This document shows, in pieces, positions 51,664 to 61,059 of a DNA stretch of 64,000 nucleotides. Position 1 is the stretch's first letter. Every line of letters starts with the position of its first letter. A program made the translations under genes and the position numbers. The DNA is taken from assembly GCA_023664345.1 (NCBI GenBank), contig JAMPFQ010000001.1, forward strand, positions 114,482 through 178,481, written 5' to 3'. The notes below the pieces were generated by a model that had not been told where the DNA came from, searched no databases, and was given only the letters and a program-made list of their open reading frames with translations. This DNA is from Lachnospiraceae bacterium. Lineage in GTDB: Bacteria; Bacillota; Clostridia; Lachnospirales; Lachnospiraceae.

Positions 51664-52645
51664 CGCGCCTCCTCCTTTCCGCCAGGAAAAGGCCTGCCGC
51701 CGTCAGCAGACACGCTCCCATACCATAGAAAGTCCACACTATACAGGCTTCCGCCAAAATACACAGAATGACCATTCTCCACCTTTTTCTGAGACAGAGT
51801 GAGATCAGGTAGGGCAGGATCACCAGATTCCGGATCGTCACGCCGCGATAACCGCAATAAAGCAGGCCAAATCCGTCCAGACTATGAAAACCACAGCCTG
51901 CCCATATTATCATAACTATTGTTATCAAAAAGCAAATCCTTTTTTTCCTGCTCTCCGGGAACAGGCTCTTCCCAACACAGGCAAAACTCGCGTAACTGCT
52001 GATAAAGACCCACACCGGCACCGCCAGCGTCACTACAGTCTCCGGCGCCAGCCCTGACAGCCTGCACAGAGATCCGTACAGCGCGGGCAGGCACAAGATC
52101 TTTAATCTTGTAGGAATCCCTTCCGCATAAGCCTGTCCCGTCATGGGATCGACCCGGTAAATGCTGTCTGTCTGCAGAAAACTCCCCACCGTCTCCACCG
52201 TCATATCGCCTCTTACATACACCCCTGCATTCCACAGGAGGCAGAGCAGCTGTGCCACCACGAGAACCCCAAATACAGCCATCAGGAGTTTTTCCGCCCC
52301 GTCCGGCTTCACGGCCTTATGCACTGCAGCCGCTTTCTCAGTGTGCTTCTTCTTTTTGCGGAACAATCCATAAAAAAGGAACAGAACTGCTGCAAACAGC
52401 AGTGCCGTCCCCAGGATACAGACAAAGATCACGGTACAACGGGAAAAAGACTGTCCGGTAAATACAGCTGCTGCATGAGCCGTTACCGCCAGTCCTGTCA
52501 GAATCAGCCCGCCTGCTGGCAGCGCATCCGCCCCCTCAGGCCGCTGTGTTTTATAAAAAAGAATCCATGCGCCGCTTCCCAAAAAGCCGCACAGGCACAC
52601 AAGGATCAATGCCAATAACAATGCCTGAACTAAATCCATAATCAC
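51647..52645 (-). CDS. hypothetical polytopic membrane protein
   Basis: About 9 TM segments and no recognisable motif. Confidence 0.35.
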   Translation of the reverse strand: MIMDLVQALLLALILVCLCGFLGSGAWILFYKTQRPEGADALPAGGLILTGLAVTAHAAAVFTGQSFSRCTVIFVCILGTALLFAAVLFLFYGLFRKKKKHTEKAAAVHKAVKPDGAEKLLMAVFGVLVVAQLLCLLWNAGVYVRGDMTVETVGSFLQTDSIYRVDPMTGQAYAEGIPTRLKILCLPALYGSLCRLSGLAPETVVTLAVPVWVFISSYASFACVGKSLFPESRKKRICFLITIVMIIWAGCGFHSLDGFGLLYCGYRGVTIRNLVILPYLISLCLRKRWRMVILCILAEACIVWTFYGMGACLLTAAGLFLAERRRRDGRVY

Positions 52646-52694
52646 TCCAATCGCAGTAATAGAGCAAGACTGACACCTTTTATATTCGGTTTCC

Positions 52695-53072
52695 TTACAT
52701 TGCTTTAATATCCAGGCGGACTTTGTCAGCGATACGAGCTATGTATTCACTGTTAGTAGGTCTTGTCCTGCCTGAGCAAACAGAATAACCAAACATTTTT
52801 TCAAAAGTATCAGTATTGCCTCTTGTCCATGATACTTCGATAGCATTTCGTATCGCGCGTTCCACCTTCTGATCCGTGGTTCGGAAGTGTCTGGCTACGG
52901 TAGGATACAGCAGCTTTGTAACTCTGCTCACTACTTCCATATCCCTGCCCGACAGCATGATCGCATCCCTGAGGTATTGATATCCCTTTAAATGCGCAGG
53001 CACCCCTATGTCCAACATGATATCGGTAATGTATCTCTCTAAATCACAATCTTTAACGGCATTCATCTCCAT
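52695..53072 (-). CDS. stand-alone Spo0A C-terminal (Spo0A_C) DNA-binding-domain protein
   Basis: IGVPAHLKGYQYLRDAI ... ERAIRNAIEVSWTRGN ... FGYSV...RPTNSEYIARIADKVRLD closely follows the Spo0A effector-domain consensus. There is no receiver domain. Confidence 0.6.
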   Translation of the reverse strand: MEMNAVKDCDLERYITDIMLDIGVPAHLKGYQYLRDAIMLSGRDMEVVSRVTKLLYPTVARHFRTTDQKVERAIRNAIEVSWTRGNTDTFEKMFGYSVCSGRTRPTNSEYIARIADKVRLDIKAM

Positions 53073-53197
53073 ATGACTTCCCCTTTCCATGCCGATCATT
53101 GCCCCTTACTGCGATTGTAAGATAATTTTACCATATCAGCCGGGATCTGAATAGTTTTCAGCCCGTTAAGATTCCGTTAAGATACGATATGTTGTGG

Positions 53198-54127
53198 TCA
53201 AATTTTTTCCTTTACTAGATATATGGGTCTCTTTTTCACTTCCATATATGTTTTGGCAAGGTACTGTCCCAAGATGCCGGTACAGAAAAACTGCACTCCG
53301 CCGATCAGCAGCATGATGCACACCTGGGATGCCCAGCCGGATACAGGATCGCCGAAGATCAGCTTCCGGACGATCACAAAGATGATCATGAAAAACGCCA
53401 GGAAACAGAACAGCACTCCCATGACAGACGCAAAAAGCAGCGGCACTGTGGAAAACGCCGTGATACCGTCAATAGAATAGACCAGCAATTTCCAGAAATT
53501 CCACTTTGTCTCTCCCTTTGCCCTCTCTATATTTTCATATTCCAGCCATTTTGTGCGAAAACCCACCCAGCCGAATATCCCCTTGGTAAATCGGTTATAT
53601 TCCTGCATCGCCAGGATTGCATCCACCATCTGCCTGGTCATCAGACGGTAATCCCTGGCGCCGTCCACGATCTCGGTCTTTGAGATCTTTTTCATCAGGC
53701 GGTAGAACATCCTGGCAAAGAAACTCCTCACCGGCGGCTCGCCTTTCCGGTTGACCCGTCTTGTGGCTACGGAATCATAGCCCTGCTTTATATGGGAAAG
53801 CATTTCCGGCAGAAGGGAAGGCGGATCCTGCAGATCTACATCCATCAATACCACATAATCGCCCGACGCGTTCTCAAGCCCTGCGTACATGGCGGCTTCT
53901 TTCCCGAAGTTTCTGGAAAAGGAGACCAAATGCACTCTCTTATCCCGTTCGATCAGTTTCTTGACTTCTTTCACCGTATCGTCCCCGGAACCGTCGTCCA
54001 CATACAACAATTCCAGTTCTATGCCCTCTTTTTCAAAAAAAGGATCGTTCTTGATCAGTTCCGTGTAAAAGAGATCCACATTTTCCTCTTCGTTATAGCA
54101 GGGAACGATTACGCTCAGCAAACTCAT
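53198..54127 (-). CDS. polyprenyl-phosphate glycosyltransferase (GtrB/ArnC/DPM1-like GT2 with C-terminal TM helices)
   Basis: LSVIVPCYNEEENV ... YVDDGSGDDT ... DVDLQDPP, with two C-terminal TM helices. Confidence 0.75.
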   Translation of the reverse strand: MSLLSVIVPCYNEEENVDLFYTELIKNDPFFEKEGIELELLYVDDGSGDDTVKEVKKLIERDKRVHLVSFSRNFGKEAAMYAGLENASGDYVVLMDVDLQDPPSLLPEMLSHIKQGYDSVATRRVNRKGEPPVRSFFARMFYRLMKKISKTEIVDGARDYRLMTRQMVDAILAMQEYNRFTKGIFGWVGFRTKWLEYENIERAKGETKWNFWKLLVYSIDGITAFSTVPLLFASVMGVLFCFLAFFMIIFVIVRKLIFGDPVSGWASQVCIMLLIGGVQFFCTGILGQYLAKTYMEVKKRPIYLVKEKI

Positions 54128-54301
54128 ATCTTACCCATCGCTTTCCTTCAGTCTATTAACAGTATACTATTCTCCCCTGTAATTCGCAAGCGAAAACCTA
54201 TTTCTTAATTTTCCTGTCATTTAATGACGTTTTTCTCTTTATGTGGTATACTATTCGAAAAGGGCAGCATTGGCTCTGCCCGATAACATAGGAGAATCAC
54301 C

Positions 54302-55456
54302 ATGAAAAAAACAAGAATCTGGCTGGCGGCCGCAGCGGCTGTTCTGATGCTGTGTGCCTGCGGCGAGGATCTGGGCAGCCCCGTTATCGCTGAAGATGAC
54401 CCGACTCCTGCCCCGACCCAGCAGATCAACCAGCCTGTAAACACAGCACCTGAAAGCATTCCTCCCAGTATCATAACGGAGGATGATTCCCAGCCGCCCC
54501 ACTCGGGCATGGTACGCAGCCGCCTTACCAATGAATGGGTCGATGCAAACGTGGCGGATACACGTCCCATCGCGGTCATGATCCCTAACGAGAGCGCAGC
54601 CATCCCTCATTACAGTCTTTCCGAAGCATCTGTTATCTATGAGGCTAACGTGGAAGGCCGTATGTCGAGGATGATGGCCATTTATGAGGGCTGGCAAAAC
54701 CTGAGCAAGATCGGCAATATCCGCAGCCTCCGTACTTATTATGCCTACTGGGCCTTTGAGTGGGACGCGTTCATCGTCCACTACGGCGGACCTTATTTTA
54801 TCAACGACCTGATGGCGGAATCCACCACACAGCACATCGACGGCAATCTTGGCAGTGACAGTATCGCATTTTACCGGGATTCCAGCCGGGCTGTGCCTCA
54901 TAACGGTTACACCACCGGCGCCGGACTGGCAAAGGTGATCCAGCAGAAAGGGTATCCCCTCTCTTACAGAGGCCTGACCGACAGCTATCATTACAACTTT
55001 ACCACCAAGTCCAGCCCCAACGCTTTGACGCAGTACGGCAGCGATGCCCAGAATGCTACATATATCGATATGTCAGGCTGCTATCCTCTGACCCGCTGTT
55101 ATTTTGAATACAACGAGAACGATGGCCTGTACTACCGTTCCCAGCACCTTTCCGGCGGCACGGACGGGCCTCATCTCGACGGCTCCAACAATGAACAGCT
55201 TTCTTTTAAAAATATCATCGTGCAGTATGTCAAATACGAGGATCTGGGCGACGGATACCTGGTCTTCCAGTGTCATGACACTACCCGGGACGGCTGGTAT
55301 TTCACCAACGGAAAGGGGATCCATATCAACTGGGAGAAGACATCCGATTACGGCGCTACCAGATATTATGATGATTACGGAAACGAGATCCTGATGAACA
55401 CAGGCAAGACCATGATCTGTGTCGTGGAAGAAGGAGATTCTTTTACTTACCGTTAA
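54302..55456 (+). CDS. DUF3048-family lipoprotein (YerB-like)
   Basis: A signal peptide with a Cys-containing lipobox-like LMLCAC is followed by TRPIAVMIPNESAAIPHYSLSEASVIYEANVEGRMSRMMAIY, typical of the DUF3048 N-domain. Confidence 0.55.
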   Translation: MKKTRIWLAAAAAVLMLCACGEDLGSPVIAEDDPTPAPTQQINQPVNTAPESIPPSIITEDDSQPPHSGMVRSRLTNEWVDANVADTRPIAVMIPNESAAIPHYSLSEASVIYEANVEGRMSRMMAIYEGWQNLSKIGNIRSLRTYYAYWAFEWDAFIVHYGGPYFINDLMAESTTQHIDGNLGSDSIAFYRDSSRAVPHNGYTTGAGLAKVIQQKGYPLSYRGLTDSYHYNFTTKSSPNALTQYGSDAQNATYIDMSGCYPLTRCYFEYNENDGLYYRSQHLSGGTDGPHLDGSNNEQLSFKNIIVQYVKYEDLGDGYLVFQCHDTTRDGWYFTNGKGIHINWEKTSDYGATRYYDDYGNEILMNTGKTMICVVEEGDSFTYR

Positions 55457-55460
55457 GACG

Positions 55461-55496
55461 AAAAGAGTGTTCTGTTGTATCAGAACACTCTTTTTA
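55461..55496. terminator. bidirectional Rho-independent terminator
   Basis: A perfect 13-bp stem (AAAGAGTGTTCTG/CAGAACACTCTTT) with loop TTGTAT is flanked by T-runs on both strands. It lies between the converging DUF3048 and leuA genes. Confidence 0.6.
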
Positions 55497-55501
55497 ACTG
55501 C

Positions 55502-57181
55502 TCACGCTTTTACCAGTTCCAGCCGGTTTACCGCGGAAAAGATCGCTCTCACGGATGCCCTGGTGATATTGGAACTGACGCCCACGCCATAAGTAACCCT
55601 GCCCGTTTCCCCGTCCAGCAGATGGATATAGGCAGCCGCCTGAGAGTTCGCGCCGCTCTGCAGGGCATGTTCCTCATAGTCCAGAACCTTGATCGTCAAT
55701 CCCAGTTCATTGTTCAGTCCCCGCTGTACCGCGTCAATGGGACCGTTCCCAACAGCCTCAAAGCTTTTCGGCACGCCGTGATCTGTATATTCCACCTCTA
55801 CCTTGGTGTCAAATTCCGTCCTGACCGCTCCGCTGATGTCATGCACATGCAGCCTGCGGAAATGGACAGGTTCCTTTTTATTGAGATAAGTCTCTCTGAA
55901 TGCGTCCATGATCTGTTCAGGAGACACTTCACCCTGCTTTTCAGAGATATCCTGGATCACATTGGCAAATTCCTTATGCATCGCCTTGGGCAGCTTAAAT
56001 CCAAAATAAGTATCCATGATAAAAGCAACCCCGCCCTTGCCAGACTGTGAGTTGATGCGCACGATGGGCTCGTACTCACGGCCGATATCCGCCGGATCGA
56101 TGGGCAGATAGGGAACCTGCCAGATCTCACTGCCACGCTCTTTCATGGCCTGCACACCCTTATTGATGGCATCCTGATGGGAACCGGAGAAAGCGGTGAA
56201 CACCAGCTTTCCGGCATAGGGATGTCTGGGATGGATGGGCAGCTTACAGCAGCGCTCATAGATCTCTATGATGTCATTGACATGTTCCAGGTTCAGCTTC
56301 GGATCGATGCCCTGGGAAAACATATTATATGCAATATTGACGATATCCACATTGCCGGTGCGCTCCCCATTGCCGAACAGAGTCCCCTCTACCCGATCCG
56401 CCCCTGCCAACAGGGCCAGTTCCGCGCTGGCCACGCCGGTCCCACGGTCATTGTGCGGATGGACGCTGACAACGATACTGTCACGGCGGTCCAGATGCCT
56501 GATCATCCACTCGATCTGATCCGCATATACGTTAGGCGTGTTCATCTCCACCGTAGAAGGCAGATTGATGATCATGGGATCCTCCGGAGTGGGCTGCCAT
56601 GTTTCAGAAACCGCGTTGCAGATCTCCAGCGCGTAGTCCAGTTCCGTTCCGGTAAAACTTTCGGGGGAATATTCCAGGATGATCTTGCCGGGAAATTTAG
56701 CCGCTCTCTCTTTCACCATACGCGTTGCCTTGACCGCGATCTCTGTGATATGTTCCCTGTCCATATGGAACACTACATCACGCTGCAGGGTGGAAGTAGA
56801 ATTATAGATATGGACGATGGCCTGCTTGCAGCCCTGGATCGACTCAAAGGTCCTGTCGATCTGCTCCTCACGGCACTGTGTCAGTACCTGTACCACCACG
56901 TCGTCGGGGATCAGCTTTCTCTCCACCAGCTGGCGCAGAAAATCATATTCAATCTGACTTGCCGCCGGGAACCCGATCTCGATCTCCTTGAAGCCCAGGT
57001 CGATCAGGAACTGGAACATCTCGATCTTCTCATTCACCAGCATAGGATCGATCAGGGCCTGATTCCCATCGCGCAGATCCACGCTGCACCACACGGGAGC
57101 CTTAAGGATCTCCTTATTCGGCCATTCCCGCTCCGGATGATCCACCACGGGATTCTTTTGATACTTCTTGTAATTTAACAT
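55502..57181 (-). CDS. leuA: 2-isopropylmalate synthase (long, roughly 560-aa form)
   Basis: SVDLRDGNQAL, HPHNDRGTGVA and a C-terminal LeuA dimerisation/regulatory domain. Confidence 0.85.
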   Translation of the reverse strand: MLNYKKYQKNPVVDHPEREWPNKEILKAPVWCSVDLRDGNQALIDPMLVNEKIEMFQFLIDLGFKEIEIGFPAASQIEYDFLRQLVERKLIPDDVVVQVLTQCREEQIDRTFESIQGCKQAIVHIYNSTSTLQRDVVFHMDREHITEIAVKATRMVKERAAKFPGKIILEYSPESFTGTELDYALEICNAVSETWQPTPEDPMIINLPSTVEMNTPNVYADQIEWMIRHLDRRDSIVVSVHPHNDRGTGVASAELALLAGADRVEGTLFGNGERTGNVDIVNIAYNMFSQGIDPKLNLEHVNDIIEIYERCCKLPIHPRHPYAGKLVFTAFSGSHQDAINKGVQAMKERGSEIWQVPYLPIDPADIGREYEPIVRINSQSGKGGVAFIMDTYFGFKLPKAMHKEFANVIQDISEKQGEVSPEQIMDAFRETYLNKKEPVHFRRLHVHDISGAVRTEFDTKVEVEYTDHGVPKSFEAVGNGPIDAVQRGLNNELGLTIKVLDYEEHALQSGANSQAAAYIHLLDGETGRVTYGVGVSSNITRASVRAIFSAVNRLELVKA

Positions 57182-57186
57182 GTTGT

Positions 57187-57450
57187 CTACTCTCCTAATC
57201 CACTTTCTACCGCCTGAACAAGTGTCTTAAGAGCCTCTTCTTCGTCCTCCCCCTCACAGACGAATTCGATCTCATCCCCACACTTGACACATGCTCCCAA
57301 CACGCTCAATACACTCTTTGCGTTTGCCGTACTATCCCTGAAAGAAAAAGTGATCAACGACTTGAACTGCATCGCTTCTTTACAAAGGATACCCGCTGGT
57401 CTCAGATGCAAGCCTGTAGGATTCTTGATCACTACTTTTTGACTTACCAT
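57187..57450 (-). CDS. HPr-family phosphocarrier protein
   Basis: NPTGLHLRPAG (the GLHARPA active-site region). It is 88 aa counted from the internal Met. Confidence 0.65.
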   Translation of the reverse strand: MVSQKVVIKNPTGLHLRPAGILCKEAMQFKSLITFSFRDSTANAKSVLSVLGACVKCGDEIEFVCEGEDEEEALKTLVQAVESGLGE

Positions 57451-57538
57451 AACCTTCCCTCCAATTCGATTACTGCTTTGTTTAACTATAGCATGATTGC
57501 CTGTCAATCTCAAGAGATTTTTAGATACTATGCTGTGA

Positions 57539-58888
57539 TCAGAACATGGTCTCCTGGATCAGGTCGGCAAGCTTCTGCGCATCCGCCTGAATGGCCTGCT
57601 GATCCTTGCCCTCGATCATAACCCGTACCAGCGGCTCCGTGCCGGAGGGACGGATCAGCACTCTGCCCTCTCCCGCGAATTTTGTTTCCAGCGTTTTGAT
57701 GGCATCCGCGATCTCAGGATATTCCATATACTTATCCTTCTTGTGGTTCGCCACCTTGGCATTCACCAGCGCCTGAGGCAATACCTCCATGATCTGCGCC
57801 AGTTCCGACAGATCCTTTCCCGTGTCCACCATGACCTGCAGCAGATGCAGCGCACTGAGCAGACCATCCCCCGTAGTGTTCTCATCCAAAAAGATAATAT
57901 GCCCCGACTGCTCGCCGCCCAGGCTGGCTCCGATCTCTTTCATGCGCTCCAGCACGTAACGGTCACCCACCTTGGTCTGTTCCATGATGATCCCGTTTTC
58001 CCTGCACATAAGCTGGAATCCGAGATTACTCATAATAGTGGTCACGATGGTATTTCCGTGCAGCTTTCCCTGGGACTTCATATGGTTCCCCACAATGGCC
58101 ATGATCTGATCCCCGTCCACGATGTTACCGTTTTCGTCCACCGCCAGCATCCTGTCCGCGTCACCGTCAAAAGCGAGCCCCACTCTCGCTTTCTCATATA
58201 CCACCCTGGCCTGCAGTTCTTCCATATGGGTGGAACCGCAGTTGGCGTTGATGTTCGTGCCGTCCGGGTTGTTATGTATGGCAACTACATTTGCACCCAG
58301 TTCTTTCAGCGTCTCCACAGACGTATAATAGGAAGCCCCTTCGGCGCAGTCCACCACGATCTTCATTCCGTCCAGATTGACCGGAACGGCGCGGAGGGCA
58401 TTGTTGATATATTCCTCCCTGGCATCGGTGCGGTATTTTATCTTGCCCACGCCCGGACCGATGGGGAATTTGATGCCCGTCATGTTTTCCCGGATCAATG
58501 CGTCGATCTCGTCCTCCAGTTCATCCGGCAGCTTATAACCGTTCTCGTCAAAGAATTTGATCCCATTGAACTCCACAGGATTATGGGACGCGGAAATAAC
58601 AACCCCCGCATCCACTCTGTACTTCTGCGTCAGATACGCCACCGCCGGCGTGGGGATCACTCCCACATAAATACAGTTCGCTCCCACCGAGCAGGCGCCG
58701 GCCATCAGTGCGTTGGCAAGCATATCCCCGGAAATGCGGGTATCGCATCCCACCATGATCGTTGGCTTATGCTCTTTCTCTTTCGTCAGCACATAAGCGC
58801 CTGCCTGCCCCAGCTGCATCGCCAGCGTGGGAGTCAGTTCCTCGTTAGCCACCCCTCTCACGCCATCTGTTCCAAATAATCTACCCAT
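57539..58888 (-). CDS. glmM: phosphoglucosamine mutase
   Basis: MGRLFGTDGVRGVAN ... SASHNP ... GDGDADR. Confidence 0.85.
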   Translation of the reverse strand: MGRLFGTDGVRGVANEELTPTLAMQLGQAGAYVLTKEKEHKPTIMVGCDTRISGDMLANALMAGACSVGANCIYVGVIPTPAVAYLTQKYRVDAGVVISASHNPVEFNGIKFFDENGYKLPDELEDEIDALIRENMTGIKFPIGPGVGKIKYRTDAREEYINNALRAVPVNLDGMKIVVDCAEGASYYTSVETLKELGANVVAIHNNPDGTNINANCGSTHMEELQARVVYEKARVGLAFDGDADRMLAVDENGNIVDGDQIMAIVGNHMKSQGKLHGNTIVTTIMSNLGFQLMCRENGIIMEQTKVGDRYVLERMKEIGASLGGEQSGHIIFLDENTTGDGLLSALHLLQVMVDTGKDLSELAQIMEVLPQALVNAKVANHKKDKYMEYPEIADAIKTLETKFAGEGRVLIRPSGTEPLVRVMIEGKDQQAIQADAQKLADLIQETMF

Positions 58889-58892
58889 ATTC

Positions 58893-60170
58893 CTATTCCT
58901 CCACTCTGGCAAAAGTAACTCTTGCGGTTACTTCACCGTCTATTTTGACCTCATTTGCTATCCCGAAACTGATGGGAATCTCATGGATCCCAGGAGCCAG
59001 CTGATCGATATCCTCCTCGTCCATCCACGCCTGCACATCCACCGTTCCCGCTATCGCGCTCTGATCCGTGGCAGATACCACTGCCTCAAGCCCTGAGATT
59101 TTCACCTCATAATATTCCTCCGACTCGGACAGTTCCGCCGTCAATGCCTCCGGTACATTGGTGACAGTTATATGCTCCGCAGGAATCTGCAGAGTGCGCT
59201 CCGACTCAGGCTCCACAAACGCGGTGATGGTCACGCGCCCGTTGAAGTTACTGTCAGCAAGCCTGATATTGTCAGGCAGCAGTTCCCGAATGTTGATCAC
59301 ATTGATCACATTGCCCTCTGCCCCATCCAGGTTCATCTGTTCCTCAGGAATCACGATCCTGCTGAAATTGTTCAGGGCATATGTGGTTCCCGCCACTCTC
59401 ACCATAGCAGGCTCACACTGTATTTCCCCCGTAGCCAGAAATCCCGCCGCCGGCGTACCGGAAACAGCGACCTCAACAGGCACGGGTTTCGCAGCCAACA
59501 CCTCTACCGACATGTGGACATAGTTCACATCCATGACCAGGTTGGAAGATTCCAGGGATACATCCTCGCTGTCATAGAAAAGCACTTCCACATTGGCAGA
59601 CAGGCTGCTGGTAGCTCCCGACACATCGATCTCCACACCCGCGTGATCGATCCTGTCCACGACAGACTTGGGACCGCTCACCCTGATCATGGTCTGATCC
59701 GCGGAGGCATTGGCAACGATATACCCCTCCGCCACTTCACCTGCGGTAGTATACTGTACCTTTACCCAGCGGGTGGCGTTCTGCTCGATGTTCAGGCGCA
59801 CCGTATCATGGTCGCCCTTGACGGAGCCGGAATCGATTCCCACATTCAAGATAGAATATGTGATCGGGATCGTATTGATGTCTGTCAGGCGGCTCACATT
59901 GGCTTCCGCCACGATATCCGTAGCGCGCAGCTGCCCGATGATGCTGGTGGGCGCCGTCACCGTTACCCGTACCGAATCCGTATTATCCAGAACCTCATAA
60001 AACTTATCCTCCTGTTCCAGAAGCTCCGTATTGACCAGCGTTACCGGGATATTATAAAAAGTCTGGGATTTCTTCGGATCGTCCAGCTGCACCACCAGGA
60101 ACCACAAAATCGCGGCCAGCAGCAGGGAAGCAAGCTTCAGGCCCCAGTTATGAAATACTTTTTTTCTCAT
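58893..60170 (-). CDS. cdaR: YbbR-domain protein (CdaR, regulator of the c-di-AMP cyclase)
   Basis: An N-terminal TM helix is followed by repeated YbbR-like beta-rich segments. It sits between cdaA and glmM. Confidence 0.65.
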   Translation of the reverse strand: MRKKVFHNWGLKLASLLLAAILWFLVVQLDDPKKSQTFYNIPVTLVNTELLEQEDKFYEVLDNTDSVRVTVTAPTSIIGQLRATDIVAEANVSRLTDINTIPITYSILNVGIDSGSVKGDHDTVRLNIEQNATRWVKVQYTTAGEVAEGYIVANASADQTMIRVSGPKSVVDRIDHAGVEIDVSGATSSLSANVEVLFYDSEDVSLESSNLVMDVNYVHMSVEVLAAKPVPVEVAVSGTPAAGFLATGEIQCEPAMVRVAGTTYALNNFSRIVIPEEQMNLDGAEGNVINVINIRELLPDNIRLADSNFNGRVTITAFVEPESERTLQIPAEHITVTNVPEALTAELSESEEYYEVKISGLEAVVSATDQSAIAGTVDVQAWMDEEDIDQLAPGIHEIPISFGIANEVKIDGEVTARVTFARVEE

Positions 60171-61026
60171 CTTTGTGCCTGCTCCTTCCCTTCCATTTCC
60201 GCCTGCTCTTATTTTCTCCGTCAGTATTGTTCAGAAGCTTTTCCAACCGGTTCTTCAGGGCCGACCCGTCCAGTCCGCGCTCCAGCTTTCCCTCGCAGGC
60301 CACGCTGATCTTGCCGGTCTCCTCCGAAACGATGATGGTCAGGGAATCCGTCACTTCGGAAATGCCCACGCCTGCCCGATGCCGGGTCCCCAGTTCCTTG
60401 CTCAGGCTCAGATCATCGGACAATGGCAGATAACAGGTGGCGGAGGTCACGCGGTTTCCCCTTATGATGGCCGCACCGTCATGAAGCGGCGTATTATGCT
60501 CAAAGATATTGATCAGAAGCTGGCTGGTGACCAGACCGTCAACCTCGATCCCCGTGCGTTCATAATCTTTCAGCGTTTCTTTCTGTTCGATCACGATCAG
60601 GGCTCCGGTCTTTACCTTTCCCATTTCCACACATGCCTTGGTGATCTCGTTGATGGTCTTTTCGGAAAAATTGCCCTGATCCCTGGAACCGCCGGTGGGC
60701 AGGAACGCTTTCTTGCCCAATTCCTCCAGCGCGTGGCGCAGTTCCGGCTGCATGACCACGATGATCGCCGTCACCGCGAACCCAAGGATATTGCGAGCCA
60801 TCCACATAATGGTGCTCATATCCAGCAGATATGCCACCACCAGAAAAACGCAGATCATGATAAGGCCTCTCATCAGCAGCCAGGCCCTGGTGTTTTTCAT
60901 CCACACTAAGACATAGTACAACAAGAACGCGACGATCAATATCTCAAGGATATCGCCCAGGCTCATTGTTGTACCATATATCCCAACGCCCTTAAAATAG
61001 TCAATAACTCTTTCTACCCACTCCAT
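60148..61026 (-). CDS. cdaA: diadenylate cyclase CdaA
   Basis: Three N-terminal TM helices, then a DAC domain with PLHDGAAII and GTRHRAGVG. Confidence 0.85.
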   Translation of the reverse strand: MEWVERVIDYFKGVGIYGTTMSLGDILEILIVAFLLYYVLVWMKNTRAWLLMRGLIMICVFLVVAYLLDMSTIMWMARNILGFAVTAIIVVMQPELRHALEELGKKAFLPTGGSRDQGNFSEKTINEITKACVEMGKVKTGALIVIEQKETLKDYERTGIEVDGLVTSQLLINIFEHNTPLHDGAAIIRGNRVTSATCYLPLSDDLSLSKELGTRHRAGVGISEVTDSLTIIVSEETGKISVACEGKLERGLDGSALKNRLEKLLNNTDGENKSRRKWKGRSRHKDEKKSIS

Positions 61027-61059
61027 GCTGTCCTAATGAGTCCCTTCACTTTTCGTCCT

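Noticed and set aside
57200-57215. ops-like GGCGGTAG octamer on the minus strand
   Set aside because: It lies inside the HPr coding sequence and far from any polysaccharide-operon leader, and RfaH/ops logic is proteobacterial. It is a chance occurrence.
41196-60909. Many long plus-strand ORFs in the high-GC half, for example 41196-42059, 42547-43470, 48914-49969, 50061-50849, 56177-57178, 57743-58879, 59172-60308 and 60175-60909
   Set aside because: They are antisense to strongly supported genes (GTs, leuA, glmM, cdaR, cdaA) and are Arg/Pro/His-rich, as expected for stop-poor reverse frames of GC-rich coding DNA.
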